DNA from: a virus
Taxonomy: Duplodnaviria; Caudoviricetes
Virus record (IMG/VR): IMGVR_UViG_3300032561_000122
Coordinates: 1 to 24,462 of that record
Reading direction: 5' to 3' (one strand)
Length of the DNA stretch: 24,462 bases
Of this stretch, positions 5,789 to 16,026 are shown piece after piece; the stretch's first letter is position 1; each line of letters opens with the position of its first letter. The notes beneath the pieces are model-generated. The model was not told where the DNA came from. It was given only the letters and a program-made list of their open reading frames with translations, and made no database searches. Position numbers and translations under genes: made by a program.

Positions 5789-8700
5789 TTATTTGGCTTC
5801 AAGTGCTGCCAAGCGTTTGCGAAGGTCTTGGATTTCCTTGACCAGCATGGGGACGAGTTTGGAATAATCCACCGCCATCATTTCTTCTGGGTCGGCGGGT
5901 TGGTGTACAGCCTCTGGAGCCACGGTCACAAGCTCTTGGGCAATGAAACCGTAACGCTGGTGCGAGCCGTCCGATTTCCAGTCATATTGGCGTACTTGCA
6001 AAGCATCCACCAAAGACGAAGCCGAGTCAGCGTCAGCGATATTTTCTTTCAAGCGCTGGTCTGATGATGTGTTGTATGAAACGGCAGATGTTGTACCAAC
6101 TCTTGCAATAGAACCAATTGTTGAACCAGAACCATTTGCAAAAGCAATGTAACCAAAACCACTAGAACCATTGTCTTGAATTGAGATTCCGTTTGTGGTT
6201 GAACCATTAGCAACTTGAACACAAAGTTTACCAGAACTAAATTGACTTGTAGTACCTACTAATAAATTACCACTAGAGTCTATACGGGCATATTCTGCCG
6301 CACTGTATGCGCTATTAAAAATATGAGCGCCAGAGGCTGTAGTGCCAGCCGCATACTTTAAATCGTTTGTGGTGTTAGAGTAAATGTAACCCGCGGGAAC
6401 CGCCAAAGTTCCGCTTCCACCTGACGGGCCAGCCACAATTGTTGACCCAAAAATAGCACCGGGGGATGTATTACCAACACCAAGGTTGCCATTTGTATCG
6501 AGGGTTGCCTTAATTGTTCCAGCAGTACCAAACTGCAACGATACCGCTGAGTTTGTGTATAGCACTGCGGCATAAGCGCTACTGCCAGTAGCAAGTGTCC
6601 CTCCAGCAGACGATTCAATACCCCAAATCAAATCAGACCCCGTATTGCTCCAGCGTCCGTAAGTCGCGCCCGTTGTGGCCCCAAGGTTGTTTAAAACTCT
6701 AGTAGTAGTAGTCGCTGCACTTGCAAGTGATAATTTTGAATCAGGCGAACTTGTCCCAATACCCAGACCTGTGCTGGTTAGGCGCATTTGTTCGAAGCCG
6801 TTTGTAACAAACACCAAAGGAATTGTGGAAATGCCTGCAAGCGTAATAGCTGTTGATTCAGAGCTAATATATCCATATCGTGTTGATCCAGCGTTATTCC
6901 AAAACTCCATTTGTCCAATAGAGTCAGCAGAACGTCCACGCAAACGCAAATTTAAAGCAGATGAGTTTGCATAAACATCAAGAGGAACTGCACCAGTTCC
7001 ACCAATACCTAAATTCGTCCCATCAAACGTCAGCGCAGACCCAGTAGCCAAAGCACTTGTACTAGACGCATACACCACACCATTTGCTGTAAATGATGTT
7101 AGTCCTGTGCCACCGTTTGTGGTTGCTAATGTTCCTGCAAGAGTAACAGCACCACTTGTTGCAGTAGAAGGCGTAAATCCAGTAGTTCCTGCACTAAAAC
7201 TAGTTACGCCAGAATTGTTAATGGTGATAGCAGTAGAACCGTTGTAAGTTGTTCCTGAACTAAATGTAATGTTAGTTCCGGCAGTTAAACTAGCTAAATT
7301 GCCACCAAGTGAAATTCCTGAAATTGTTGAATTAGCTAACTGTGCATTGGTAATTGTTCCACTCAATGCAGTAGTAGGAATGGTGTTTGAAGCACTCATT
7401 GCTCCAGTACCGTTACCATATACATAACCAGTTAATGTGGTTGCACCAGTACCGCCGGATGCTACACCCAATGTACCAGCAAGAGTAATTGCGCCGGTTG
7501 AGCTAGTGTTAGGTGTTAGACCAGACAATGAAGTTTGGAAAGATGTAACTCCACCAGTCGATGCGGCCCATGTTGGAACACCACCCGATAAAGTCAATAC
7601 ATAACCATTAGTACCTGCTGAAAGTTTGCTAAGTGTATTTGTAGCTGATGCGTACAAAATATCACCAGTCACATAAGATGTTTGACCTGTACCGCCATAA
7701 GTAGCGCCTACTGCGTTACCGTTCCATGTGCCATTGGTATATGATCCCGCCCAACTTAATGTGTTGGTTGACCAACTAACATTTGATGGTGCATCAAAAT
7801 GATAATCCCATGTACCTGCTGAAGATCCATTGGTTAAAAGAATGAGAGTTGTAAAACCACCGGAAGGAATAGAAACAACTAAAGTTGACGAGCTGTTATT
7901 AACAGTTATTGCACCACTTGTTTGATTGTTATTAAATGTGTATGTTGCACCAATTGGCAAAGTAGTTGCATTGGGTAACTGATATGTTTGTCCACCCGAT
8001 CCAGTTACTACCCAGTTGTAATTTGAGCTTGCTGTTAATGTTGTTGTTGTTCCTGCCGCCGCAACATTGCTAAATGTGTTAAAAAATACATTTGCTGAAG
8101 CATTAACATTGGCATCACGCAAAACAACACTATTAGCTCCTGAACTGGCGGTAACGCCTGTTCCACCCGAAGCTACAGGTAAAGTTCCAGTAGTCAACGC
8201 TGATGTTGAAGTTGCGTAAACAGCACCACCAGATGTAAACGAAGATAAATTAGTTCCACCATTTGCAGTAGGCAAAATTCCTGATACTTGCGTTGTTAAA
8301 CTTATAGTACCAAATAACGCTGAAGTAGGAATTGTTGTACTTGCGGTTACATTTCCAGATCCGTTGGCATACATATAACCAGTCAAACCAGTTACAGCAA
8401 GATTTGTAGTAGTTAAATTGGTAAAAGATTCTGAATTAGAGCCGGGAATTTTCTCCCAAACACCACCACTAAAAATAGCCCAATCGCCTACTGACCAGTC
8501 AGCAACACCATTTAAAGATGTTGTACCAGCAACAGAAACAACGTAATAATAACCCTGTGTTCCCACACTAGAAGTCAATGTCGGACTATTTGTTGATGCG
8601 TTCCAAGTGCCTTGATAAGAAGGTGCATTGGTTGATGCAGTTGAAATTGAAGTAACTTGACCTTGAGCATTAATTGTAACAACTGGAATTACTGAAGCTG

Positions 8701-10774
8701 ATCCATAAGTACCGGCTGATACACCTGTGTTTGAAATTGCAATCGTAACTGGAGATGCGCCTGTATAGCTTGTGCCACTTAAACCAGTTCCAATAGTTAA
8801 GGCATTTGGGGCGGCGGCAGTAATTGTTCCAGATCCACCTAGCGCAATGTTTGTTCCATTAACAGTTAATGAACTATTGATAAGACCTGCATTTGGCAAT
8901 CCTGTTGCATTGGTTAAAGTCAAAGCAGATGGAGTGCCAAGATTAGGTGTTACCAATGTTGCGTTAGTAGACAAAACAACATTACCTGATCCTGTTGTAC
9001 TGTAGCTAGTTCCCCAAGCAGAGCCGGTTGATAAAGGTATACCTGCGGATGGATAGACCATTCCACTACCACTAGCATTTAATGTACCGCCAGAAAAAGT
9101 TAAATTTGTTCCAATTGTTACATTGCTAAAACCGCCTGAGCCGTTTCCATAAAGAATGGAAGTGCCAGAAGTTGCAGGAGCATAATCAGTTCCTGATACT
9201 GCGGCAGAAACTCCAGTACCATTTCCTTTTAGCAATCCTGTTACGCTTGTGGTAAGAGTAATTGCTGGTGTTGTAGTTGAATTAGCAACTGAACCACCAA
9301 ATCCATTTGCGGAAACTACTGAAACACTTGTAACAGTTCCACCGCCAGAAGCGGAAATAGAAATGCTACCTGCTCCATTGGTAATTGAAATTCCTGATCC
9401 TGCAGTTAATGTTGACAGCGCATAACCAGATCCATTGCCAATTAACAATTGACCATTTGAAGGAGTAGTGGTTATACCAGTACCACCATGATTGCTTGCA
9501 ATAGTCGTTGCGTTCCATGTACCAGTTGAAACCGTACCCAAGTTAGATGTGGTTGCAGTTAATGTGGTAAATGTTCCTGCGGCGGCTGTTGTTCCACCAA
9601 TTGCAGGAGGACTTGCAAGATAAGTTGTAAAGCCTGTTCCGCTAACTGTAGAAGATGCAGACAAAGTAGTGAATGCACCTGTGTTGGCGGTTGTATTACC
9701 TATAGAAGGAGGTGAAGCTAAATATGTACTAAATCCAGTACCGCTTACAGTTGACGATGCAGACAAAGTTGTAAACGCACCGGTGCTTGCTGTTGTATTG
9801 CCAACAGGCGTATTGTTTAAACTATCAAGAGTTAATGCAACTCCAGAAATTGAACCGCCTGTAATATTTACATTATTTGCATTTTGCGTTGACATTGTTC
9901 CCAATCCAGTAATTGATGTATTGGGAATTGTTGTGCTAAATGTAGCGACACCACTACCATTTGCGTACAAATATCCTGTGTAATTACTTAATGTAAATGT
10001 TCCACTTGCAGATAATGTAGTAAATGCACCTGTACTTGCCGTTGTGTTACCAACTGGTGTGTTATTTAAACTATCTAATGTTAAAGATACGCCAGTAATT
10101 GTTCCACCAGTAATAGATACATTATTGGAATTTTGAGTTGCAATTGTTCCCAATCCACTAACTTGTGAAGTTGTGATTGAAATTAACGTATTGGTAACTG
10201 AAGTTACTTGACCTTGAGCATTAGTGGTAAATACAGGAACAGTTGAAGCAGTACCATATGTTCCTGCTGTGCCTGTTGGTGTAATGCTAAATTGATACCC
10301 AGTTAAAGTTAATCCAGTTCCTGCGGTATATGTATTGTGAGAATCTGCATAAGCCTTGTTAACAATGTCAGTAGGATTTACAGGAGCAGTTGTAATTTGA
10401 CCGGTAGGAGCTGTGACGTTTGTAAATGATCCTGAATACAAGCCATTTTCTAAACCATAGGTTTGAGTAAATGCGGCGGCAGTACCGGCAGTCATAAAGT
10501 TAACTACAAAATCACCAATGTTCCATTGATTAGCAACTGTTCCTTCTTGACCACGGATAACAGTTAAAACGTCACCGGTAATATTTGTACATTGAACAAC
10601 TTCAGTAATTAAACTGTTAGTTGAATTGACCAAAGTCAAGTTAATTGCTTGACCTGATTGAGGAGCTGTGAAATACGATCCTGTACCTGCCGCAACTTGA
10701 ATAGTTGTTTGGGTGTTATTTACAGGTGCGGCTAAAGCTGTTTGAGCTTGGTTATCAAATAAAAGGATCGTCAT
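5789..10774 (-). CDS. long tail fibre 1 (1661 aa) with N-terminal baseplate anchor and C-terminal S74 chaperone
   Basis: N-terminal 'LTVIRGQEGT' anchor domain, Thr/Gly/Ser-rich repeats and GNLGIG-type modules. The C-terminus reads SDQRLKENI...GFIAQEL...VDYSKLVPMLVKEIQDL. Confidence 0.92.
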   Translation of the reverse strand: MTILLFDNQAQTALAAPVNNTQTTIQVAAGTGSYFTAPQSGQAINLTLVNSTNSLITEVVQCTNITGDVLTVIRGQEGTVANQWNIGDFVVNFMTAGTAAAFTQTYGLENGLYSGSFTNVTAPTGQITTAPVNPTDIVNKAYADSHNTYTAGTGLTLTGYQFSITPTGTAGTYGTASTVPVFTTNAQGQVTSVTNTLISITTSQVSGLGTIATQNSNNVSITGGTITGVSLTLDSLNNTPVGNTTASTGAFTTLSASGTFTLSNYTGYLYANGSGVATFSTTIPNTSITGLGTMSTQNANNVNITGGSISGVALTLDSLNNTPVGNTTASTGAFTTLSASSTVSGTGFSTYLASPPSIGNTTANTGAFTTLSASSTVSGTGFTTYLASPPAIGGTTAAAGTFTTLTATTSNLGTVSTGTWNATTIASNHGGTGITTTPSNGQLLIGNGSGYALSTLTAGSGISITNGAGSISISASGGGTVTSVSVVSANGFGGSVANSTTTPAITLTTSVTGLLKGNGTGVSAAVSGTDYAPATSGTSILYGNGSGGFSNVTIGTNLTFSGGTLNASGSGMVYPSAGIPLSTGSAWGTSYSTTGSGNVVLSTNATLVTPNLGTPSALTLTNATGLPNAGLINSSLTVNGTNIALGGSGTITAAAPNALTIGTGLSGTSYTGASPVTIAISNTGVSAGTYGSASVIPVVTINAQGQVTSISTASTNAPSYQGTWNASTNSPTLTSSVGTQGYYYVVSVAGTTSLNGVADWSVGDWAIFSGGVWEKIPGSNSESFTNLTTTNLAVTGLTGYMYANGSGNVTASTTIPTSALFGTISLTTQVSGILPTANGGTNLSSFTSGGAVYATSTSALTTGTLPVASGGTGVTASSGANSVVLRDANVNASANVFFNTFSNVAAAGTTTTLTASSNYNWVVTGSGGQTYQLPNATTLPIGATYTFNNNQTSGAITVNNSSSTLVVSIPSGGFTTLILLTNGSSAGTWDYHFDAPSNVSWSTNTLSWAGSYTNGTWNGNAVGATYGGTGQTSYVTGDILYASATNTLSKLSAGTNGYVLTLSGGVPTWAASTGGVTSFQTSLSGLTPNTSSTGAITLAGTLGVASGGTGATTLTGYVYGNGTGAMSASNTIPTTALSGTITNAQLANSTISGISLGGNLASLTAGTNITFSSGTTYNGSTAITINNSGVTSFSAGTTGFTPSTATSGAVTLAGTLATTNGGTGLTSFTANGVVYASSTSALATGSALTFDGTNLGIGGTGAVPLDVYANSSALNLRLRGRSADSIGQMEFWNNAGSTRYGYISSESTAITLAGISTIPLVFVTNGFEQMRLTSTGLGIGTSSPDSKLSLASAATTTTRVLNNLGATTGATYGRWSNTGSDLIWGIESSAGGTLATGSSAYAAVLYTNSAVSLQFGTAGTIKATLDTNGNLGVGNTSPGAIFGSTIVAGPSGGSGTLAVPAGYIYSNTTNDLKYAAGTTASGAHIFNSAYSAAEYARIDSSGNLLVGTTSQFSSGKLCVQVANGSTTNGISIQDNGSSGFGYIAFANGSGSTIGSIARVGTTSAVSYNTSSDQRLKENIADADSASSLVDALQVRQYDWKSDGSHQRYGFIAQELVTVAPEAVHQPADPEEMMAVDYSKLVPMLVKEIQDLRKRLAALEAK
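9560..10175 (-). repeat. tandem repeats in fibre 1 (GLGTxxTQNxNNVxITGG...LDSLNNTPVGNTTASTGAFTTLSAS x2; STVSGTGFxTYLASPPxIG x2; boundaries approximate)
   Basis: Visible directly in the translation; four G(A/T)FTTL units. Confidence 0.85.
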
Positions 10775-10789
10775 ACATACCCCAAGCGA

Positions 10790-11062
10790 TTAAAGGATTG
10801 AATAAGTATCTGCAACAGCTCCGGTAAACTTTACCGTTGTTACAGGGAAGTTCAAAACATAATAGATTTGACTAGTCTCTGTTCCTGTGGGTGTGACTGC
10901 GGCATAATAAGTTGTACCGCCATCTAATGACAATTGAATTGCCCTACCACCTGCGGCTGAATTTAAAACAAGAGTTGCAGGATAAACAAGATTTGGCAAA
11001 TTAACTACTGCTGTTGTTGCAGATAAAGTGCCGGTAATTGGTGAACCATAGTTGTATGACAT
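10790..11062 (-). CDS. small beta-rich virion protein, 90 aa
   Basis: AAGGA SD. Lies between two fibre genes and has a beta-strand pattern (IQLSLDGGTTYY). Confidence 0.7.
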   Translation of the reverse strand: MSYNYGSPITGTLSATTAVVNLPNLVYPATLVLNSAAGGRAIQLSLDGGTTYYAAVTPTGTETSQIYYVLNFPVTTVKFTGAVADTYSIL

Positions 11063-11074
11063 GATGTTTCCTTT

Positions 11075-11992
11075 TTAAAAACCAATAGCAGTCCAATAAA
11101 CACCATGAACAGTTGATGTTGTACCCGCTGTGTCTTGTATTTGAATTTGAGTTAATGGACTTCCTGAATATGAACTAATACCCAAAGCTCCTCCAGTAGG
11201 AACTCCTCCTGCTCCATAAGTTGCACTACCAGATAAAAACCCATTAGGCCATGCAACTGGCAAAGTTATGTATGTTTCATTTCCACCGCCGGTAACAGAT
11301 GCACCACCCCATTGCATAATCAAACCATTTGAAAATTTTATATATCCATTGCCTGAAATACTTGAAGGTGTTGAAGGATTATTTAATAACCAAACATTAA
11401 GTGCGGAAACATAAGTTAAATTTATTGGATAACCAGCAACAGGGATTTCACCTCCAGTTAATGCTTGGTCATTGCCTTTTACAATGCTAACTGCTGTTAA
11501 TGTAGTTGTCCCAAGAGTTACCAATAAAGTACAAGCTCCAGTATTTGCGGCACTTGCATTAACAGTAATATTCATTCCATTAGGAATTGAAGTCAAATTA
11601 GATGGCAATGTAATGGTTAAAGCATTAGCTGTTCCACCGGCTGTTGCTATGTTATATGTGCCACTTTGAAGCTGTTCGGATTGAACCAAATCCGTCATCA
11701 CGGCGGCAGTATCAAAATGACCAACAATATCATTTAAAGCAAAAGGTTGAGCTGTTGTTCCTTCTTGACCACGAATAATAGTCAATGTGTCGGTTGATCT
11801 TGCTGTGCAATTACAAATTTCATAGACGGAAGAAGACGTTGCACTAATTAGGGTGAGTTTAAATTGTTGACCGGAAGTGGGATTTGGAAACAATGCACCT
11901 GTTCCGGGCGCAACAGAAATAGTCGTTTGAGTGCTAGTAATGGCAGAAGCCAACGTACTTTTTGCATTGTTAGAAAAGACTTGGACTGTCAT
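11075..11992 (-). CDS. short tail fibre with QEGT-type anchor and C-terminal 'GYxKxxNGLIxQWG' domain
   Basis: N-terminus is paralogous to fibre 1. The C-terminal NGYIKFSNGLIMQWG...LPVAWPN...YWTAIGF is a common fibre-tip domain pattern. Confidence 0.85.
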   Translation of the reverse strand: MTVQVFSNNAKSTLASAITSTQTTISVAPGTGALFPNPTSGQQFKLTLISATSSSVYEICNCTARSTDTLTIIRGQEGTTAQPFALNDIVGHFDTAAVMTDLVQSEQLQSGTYNIATAGGTANALTITLPSNLTSIPNGMNITVNASAANTGACTLLVTLGTTTLTAVSIVKGNDQALTGGEIPVAGYPINLTYVSALNVWLLNNPSTPSSISGNGYIKFSNGLIMQWGGASVTGGGNETYITLPVAWPNGFLSGSATYGAGGVPTGGALGISSYSGSPLTQIQIQDTAGTTSTVHGVYWTAIGF

Positions 11993-12000
11993 AAAAATCC

Positions 12001-12699
12001 TTAATAAACGACTGTGTAAGTATACTGGAACGGCAAGAATAAAACAGCAGATTCAATGGCTGATTGCAAAATTGGCGATGCCGGAAGACTTGGAACTGTA
12101 ATTGTTATAGCCGATCCAGATGTGTAGGTAACGCTGATAGTATATGTTTGGTCAATATCTGGACTTATGCCATTGACACCATATAAAAACCGATAAACTC
12201 TGCGTTTTAACCAAGCTGTTGAATATTGAAATCCATCACCTTTATAAAAATTCCAAGTTATGATTCTTTTGTAATAGTCATCATTGACAATATAAATTGT
12301 CGATCCCGATGAAAAAGAAGTTGAGGTATAAGGAGTTGTATCGTAAGCAACAGTATTATAAACACCCAAGGCATTTGCAGTTGTTCCTGCACCAAGACTA
12401 GGACGAGGAATTCCATATAAACTTGCTCCTACCCAGTCCAGCAGAGGTGCGCTTAAAACGGTGTAAACAGGCAAATTGAGATTATTTAAATTGTCTAAAT
12501 AGCTTTGAGCCGTTGTATTGTAAGCAGTAAAAAAAGACTGAATGTAAGAAGTTCCCTGAGTTATATAGGGTTGACCCGTAATAGCTTCACCGGCAACACC
12601 ATAGCCCGCCACACCTGATTGAGCAGGGTTTTGAATGACATTTTCAGCAGTAGCTTCGTATTGCTGATAAAGATAAGCGGGTAATATGGTTTCAATCAT
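12001..12699 (-). CDS. baseplate wedge protein (gpI/Mu gp48-like position)
   Basis: Lies immediately downstream of baseplate J; LLDWVG..LYGIPRP and DDYYKRIITW motifs. Confidence 0.7.
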   Translation of the reverse strand: MIETILPAYLYQQYEATAENVIQNPAQSGVAGYGVAGEAITGQPYITQGTSYIQSFFTAYNTTAQSYLDNLNNLNLPVYTVLSAPLLDWVGASLYGIPRPSLGAGTTANALGVYNTVAYDTTPYTSTSFSSGSTIYIVNDDYYKRIITWNFYKGDGFQYSTAWLKRRVYRFLYGVNGISPDIDQTYTISVTYTSGSAITITVPSLPASPILQSAIESAVLFLPFQYTYTVVY

Positions 12700-12701
12700 T
12701 T

Positions 12702-14102
12702 TTAACCCTGTGCAATAGTTATCAATGCTGATGATGTAGAAAAATAACTTTCAGGATCGCCAACATATAAACCGGTTCCTGAAGTTGGAGTAACATCAAT
12801 TCCATTGATTGCAACAACAAAAATCATTCTTGATAAGGTTTGAGGTGGAACAATGCTTGCTATGGATTCTTGAAAAACCGTTTGCATTTCAAATAAATTA
12901 ATAGGTTGACCAACATAAATACCATTTATATAAGCGGCTAATGCGGGCTGACCTAATTGTGCAACTGCTATTGGAGATACATAATTTAATGAATTAGTAT
13001 TCCAAGTTAAGTTAATTGTCACGGTTTGAACCGGCGGTATTACATAAGTAATGGTATAAGAATCAGGATAATCGTAAACAGTTACGGTTTCATTTCTTAA
13101 ATTTGGAGTTACGACTCCGCCGCTTACATAAGAGCCAAAAGATGTGGTGTTTACATTTACATTAAAAGTGGTTTCTGAAACAACTGTAATAGTGTATGAG
13201 CCATTAAATGTACTGGGTGTTACTCCGGCAATTGTTATAACTTGACCTGTTGAGTAGCCATGATTTAGATTTGTAGTTACCAATCCATTGGTAGCATTTG
13301 TAAATGCGGTTATTTTTAACGTAGACCCGACTAATATAGAAATATCAGGTATTGAGTTAAAAATAGCACCTGCGACTTGATAGGGGTCACCGCCACCACA
13401 AATGATTTCCCATTGATTAGATCCTAAATTTATTACGGCAACTAAATTGGGTTGAACTCCGCTTACATTTTGAAGTTGAGTTTTTACAAAAGTAGGCATT
13501 CCAACAGCAGTAGCCAAACCTGCTTGTATCACTTGCGCTTGATAAGATTGAACAGTTTGAGCAACAGCTCCGGGCAAACCTGCGGTAGGATTTGTGCAAG
13601 TCAATGTATACCCTGTAGGTACAGATGTAACCAAATGCGTTACTGTACCGGCTGGAACCGCCCAAGAACCTGACGTAGTAGCCAAACAATAAAGACTAAG
13701 ACTTTGACCTGATGTGCCAATAATTCCGCCGTCTTGGACTGTATATTGATATGTTCCATCAGAAACAGTAAAACCAACTGGAATAACAAAACCGGCTAAA
13801 CCTGTAAATTGAACATAAACAGAAGTATTAGAGCCAACCCCTTGCTGAACACCATAAATTGCGCCAAGCTGATAAAGGATAAAAGGATTAGCAGTATATG
13901 GACTAATACTATTGACCAAATCAACAAAAGTTTGATCTTGTATAACGACAGCTCCGGCGGCTGTGGAGGCCATATCTTCAACCAAAGAGCCGGGTAAATT
14001 GGCTGTTAATCCGGGCGCTAAAGCAGATGCGGCGGCAATCTCTTGTGCTAGTAAATCAGTTGGGCTTGTTGCGACTGCCCCTGCTGTGGTTAATGTTGGC
14101 AT
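12702..14102 (-). CDS. baseplate J-like wedge protein with an inserted beta domain
   Basis: LYQLGAIYG, FTG..G.VIP.G..VSDG and TNP.A..PG motifs; expected gene position. Confidence 0.85.
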   Translation of the reverse strand: MPTLTTAGAVATSPTDLLAQEIAAASALAPGLTANLPGSLVEDMASTAAGAVVIQDQTFVDLVNSISPYTANPFILYQLGAIYGVQQGVGSNTSVYVQFTGLAGFVIPVGFTVSDGTYQYTVQDGGIIGTSGQSLSLYCLATTSGSWAVPAGTVTHLVTSVPTGYTLTCTNPTAGLPGAVAQTVQSYQAQVIQAGLATAVGMPTFVKTQLQNVSGVQPNLVAVINLGSNQWEIICGGGDPYQVAGAIFNSIPDISILVGSTLKITAFTNATNGLVTTNLNHGYSTGQVITIAGVTPSTFNGSYTITVVSETTFNVNVNTTSFGSYVSGGVVTPNLRNETVTVYDYPDSYTITYVIPPVQTVTINLTWNTNSLNYVSPIAVAQLGQPALAAYINGIYVGQPINLFEMQTVFQESIASIVPPQTLSRMIFVVAINGIDVTPTSGTGLYVGDPESYFSTSSALITIAQG

Positions 14103-14111
14103 TGGAATTCC

Positions 14112-14435
14112 TTATGTTGCAACTACTGTTTGAATTGTAGTGCCATTTTGAAAAACTGCACTAATTGCGTAGGTGGGTTGAGGCGTATTTGTTTGGCTTG
14201 TAATGGTCAAACTTGCAAAATATGGAGCGTATTGATTTTGAGTATTGTTAACGGCTAGATTAGGAGCAATTTGATTGATTACAGATTGTTGAGCCGGTAT
14301 TCCATAATTACCATAGAAAGGACTTTCCCCTAAATTAAGGCGCAAAGTTTGAGCAACGGTTGCCAAGTAAATATAACTTGGATCTGTAATAGTTGTCCAA
14401 TTTCCTGTTTTTGGATCAATTCCATAACTTCTCAT
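14112..14435 (-). CDS. baseplate wedge / sheath initiator (gp25/Mu gp46-like)
   Basis: LRLNLGESPFYGNYGIP motif; lies between spike and baseplate J. Confidence 0.75.
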   Translation of the reverse strand: MRSYGIDPKTGNWTTITDPSYIYLATVAQTLRLNLGESPFYGNYGIPAQQSVINQIAPNLAVNNTQNQYAPYFASLTITSQTNTPQPTYAISAVFQNGTTIQTVVAT

Positions 14436-15043
14436 ACAACACCTCCGGTATCACTACCTCCTATTACAACGCCTGAATGCTCATGCGTTAAGAAGTTTCT
14501 TCCGTTAATAATAACTGTTCCAGAAATGGTTACAGTACCACCAGTTAAAGTTATGCTTGCCGTACCTTGAACTAAAGATATTTCTGTTGGTGTGATAGTC
14601 ACAACCGCACCACTAGCGGTATCTCTTAAAACAACTCCATTTGGTCCATAAATTGTGACTGCGTTTGCATCAACGCTAGACCAGTTTTTGTTGCCTATAG
14701 GTACAAATACTAATCCACCCAAATTGCTAGGTTCTTCAAGCGGCGCTAAACCTGACCCTAAACCAGACACTCCTCCAAGTACGGTATCTGCTGAAATGCA
14801 AAATCCTTTATCTCCAACTTGAATGGGTAATCTAATATATTCGCTTCCAATGACCGGACAAGTCACTTGAGGAATTGTAAAAACACCACCTGTATCAACA
14901 TCAAATGAAACAGTCACAATTGCACCAGATACGGCAACAACGTGACATGGATATTTTTGTCCTTGCCTTTGTTGGTTATCCGCAATCTTGCCTTCAGCAA
15001 AATTGTTAATGGATATTGCAAATGGTAGTTTTTGTGAAATCAT
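14432..15043 (-). CDS. baseplate central spike (gpV/gp138-like)
   Basis: Start moved to ATG 15043 (ATGA overlap with the hub stop). OB-fold-like N-terminus (PIQVGDKG), beta-helix repeats and a terminal HEH metal-binding motif (LTHEHSGV). Confidence 0.85.
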   Translation of the reverse strand: MISQKLPFAISINNFAEGKIADNQQRQGQKYPCHVVAVSGAIVTVSFDVDTGGVFTIPQVTCPVIGSEYIRLPIQVGDKGFCISADTVLGGVSGLGSGLAPLEEPSNLGGLVFVPIGNKNWSSVDANAVTIYGPNGVVLRDTASGAVVTITPTEISLVQGTASITLTGGTVTISGTVIINGRNFLTHEHSGVVIGGSDTGGVV

Positions 15044-16026
15044 GGTGTTACCGGTATTGTGCAATCAACAATAGTACACCAACTGTTTGCATCAGCTTGT
15101 CTACTATTGCCAACGTGACGTATTTTCAATATTTGAAAAATACCTTGGAAAGCAATATTGTTTTTATTTTGACCAAAATTTGCAGGACTATTCGTTATTG
15201 GAGATCCTTTTGGAAAAACAATTTTATTCATGATATTTAAATCTCCACGCATGACCAATTTAGCTTGAACCGTTGCAATATCAATCCACGTTAAATTACC
15301 AATAATGTCCGTAAACGCAATATTGATTGTATTTGTTTGAGCTGTTCCGTCTGTCAAAAAAAAGCCTTGATTATTAATACCAATAGATGCGCCCAAGTAA
15401 TCTACTGTTTTAATAATTTGTTTGCTTTTTTTATTTATGTATTTTGAAAACGATGTAATATTGTCATACTGCCACGATTGATCTTGGTTGTAAACCAAAT
15501 TAGAGCTTAACGATCCATAAACAGGAACACTAGGATAGGCAATATTTAAAGACTGTCGAATAGCATTTTCTAAAGTTGTTCCTGCTTTCCAAGTAAATCC
15601 AAAATTAATTTGATCTTGTGGAGAAACATACGTTAAACCAGTAATTACAAAATTTAAATTAACTTCTGTTCCTTGCCAATTTCCAAAACATTGCAATATT
15701 GTTCCATCAATGATTTCTCCGGCTTGCTGTGGGTTTGCAAAGGGTAATCCCTTAGACATACCAACAGAAATTTGTATGCGAGCGTTGTTGTAGTTGGCTG
15801 ATTGATTCAAATCTTCAAATGAAACGCCATGAATGGTTAGCAATCCATTTTGAGCCGGCTGATGAAATAAGGTTTGAAATATATCTAAATCAACCCTAAG
15901 AGCAGAACCATTGTCTATTCTGTTTTGATAATTTTGACTGTTATTGGATAAAGAAGTAAAAGTAACCGGTACAAATTGAATTGCGCTTTGACTTGATGGA
16001 CTGATCGTTATGCTGTAGTAACGCAT
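15040..16026 (-). CDS. baseplate hub protein
   Basis: 328 aa, upstream of the spike; C-terminal G.F.I..IRH.GNSR....W pattern. Confidence 0.75.
   Translation of the reverse strand: MRYYSITISPSSQSAIQFVPVTFTSLSNNSQNYQNRIDNGSALRVDLDIFQTLFHQPAQNGLLTIHGVSFEDLNQSANYNNARIQISVGMSKGLPFANPQQAGEIIDGTILQCFGNWQGTEVNLNFVITGLTYVSPQDQINFGFTWKAGTTLENAIRQSLNIAYPSVPVYGSLSSNLVYNQDQSWQYDNITSFSKYINKKSKQIIKTVDYLGASIGINNQGFFLTDGTAQTNTINIAFTDIIGNLTWIDIATVQAKLVMRGDLNIMNKIVFPKGSPITNSPANFGQNKNNIAFQGIFQILKIRHVGNSRQADANSWCTIVDCTIPVTP

Noticed and set aside
2132-10774. Diversity-generating retroelement or invertible fibre cassette
   Set aside because: No reverse transcriptase or invertase is in the window. The repeats differ at synonymous sites rather than only at adenines, and I saw no inverted fibre-tip copies.
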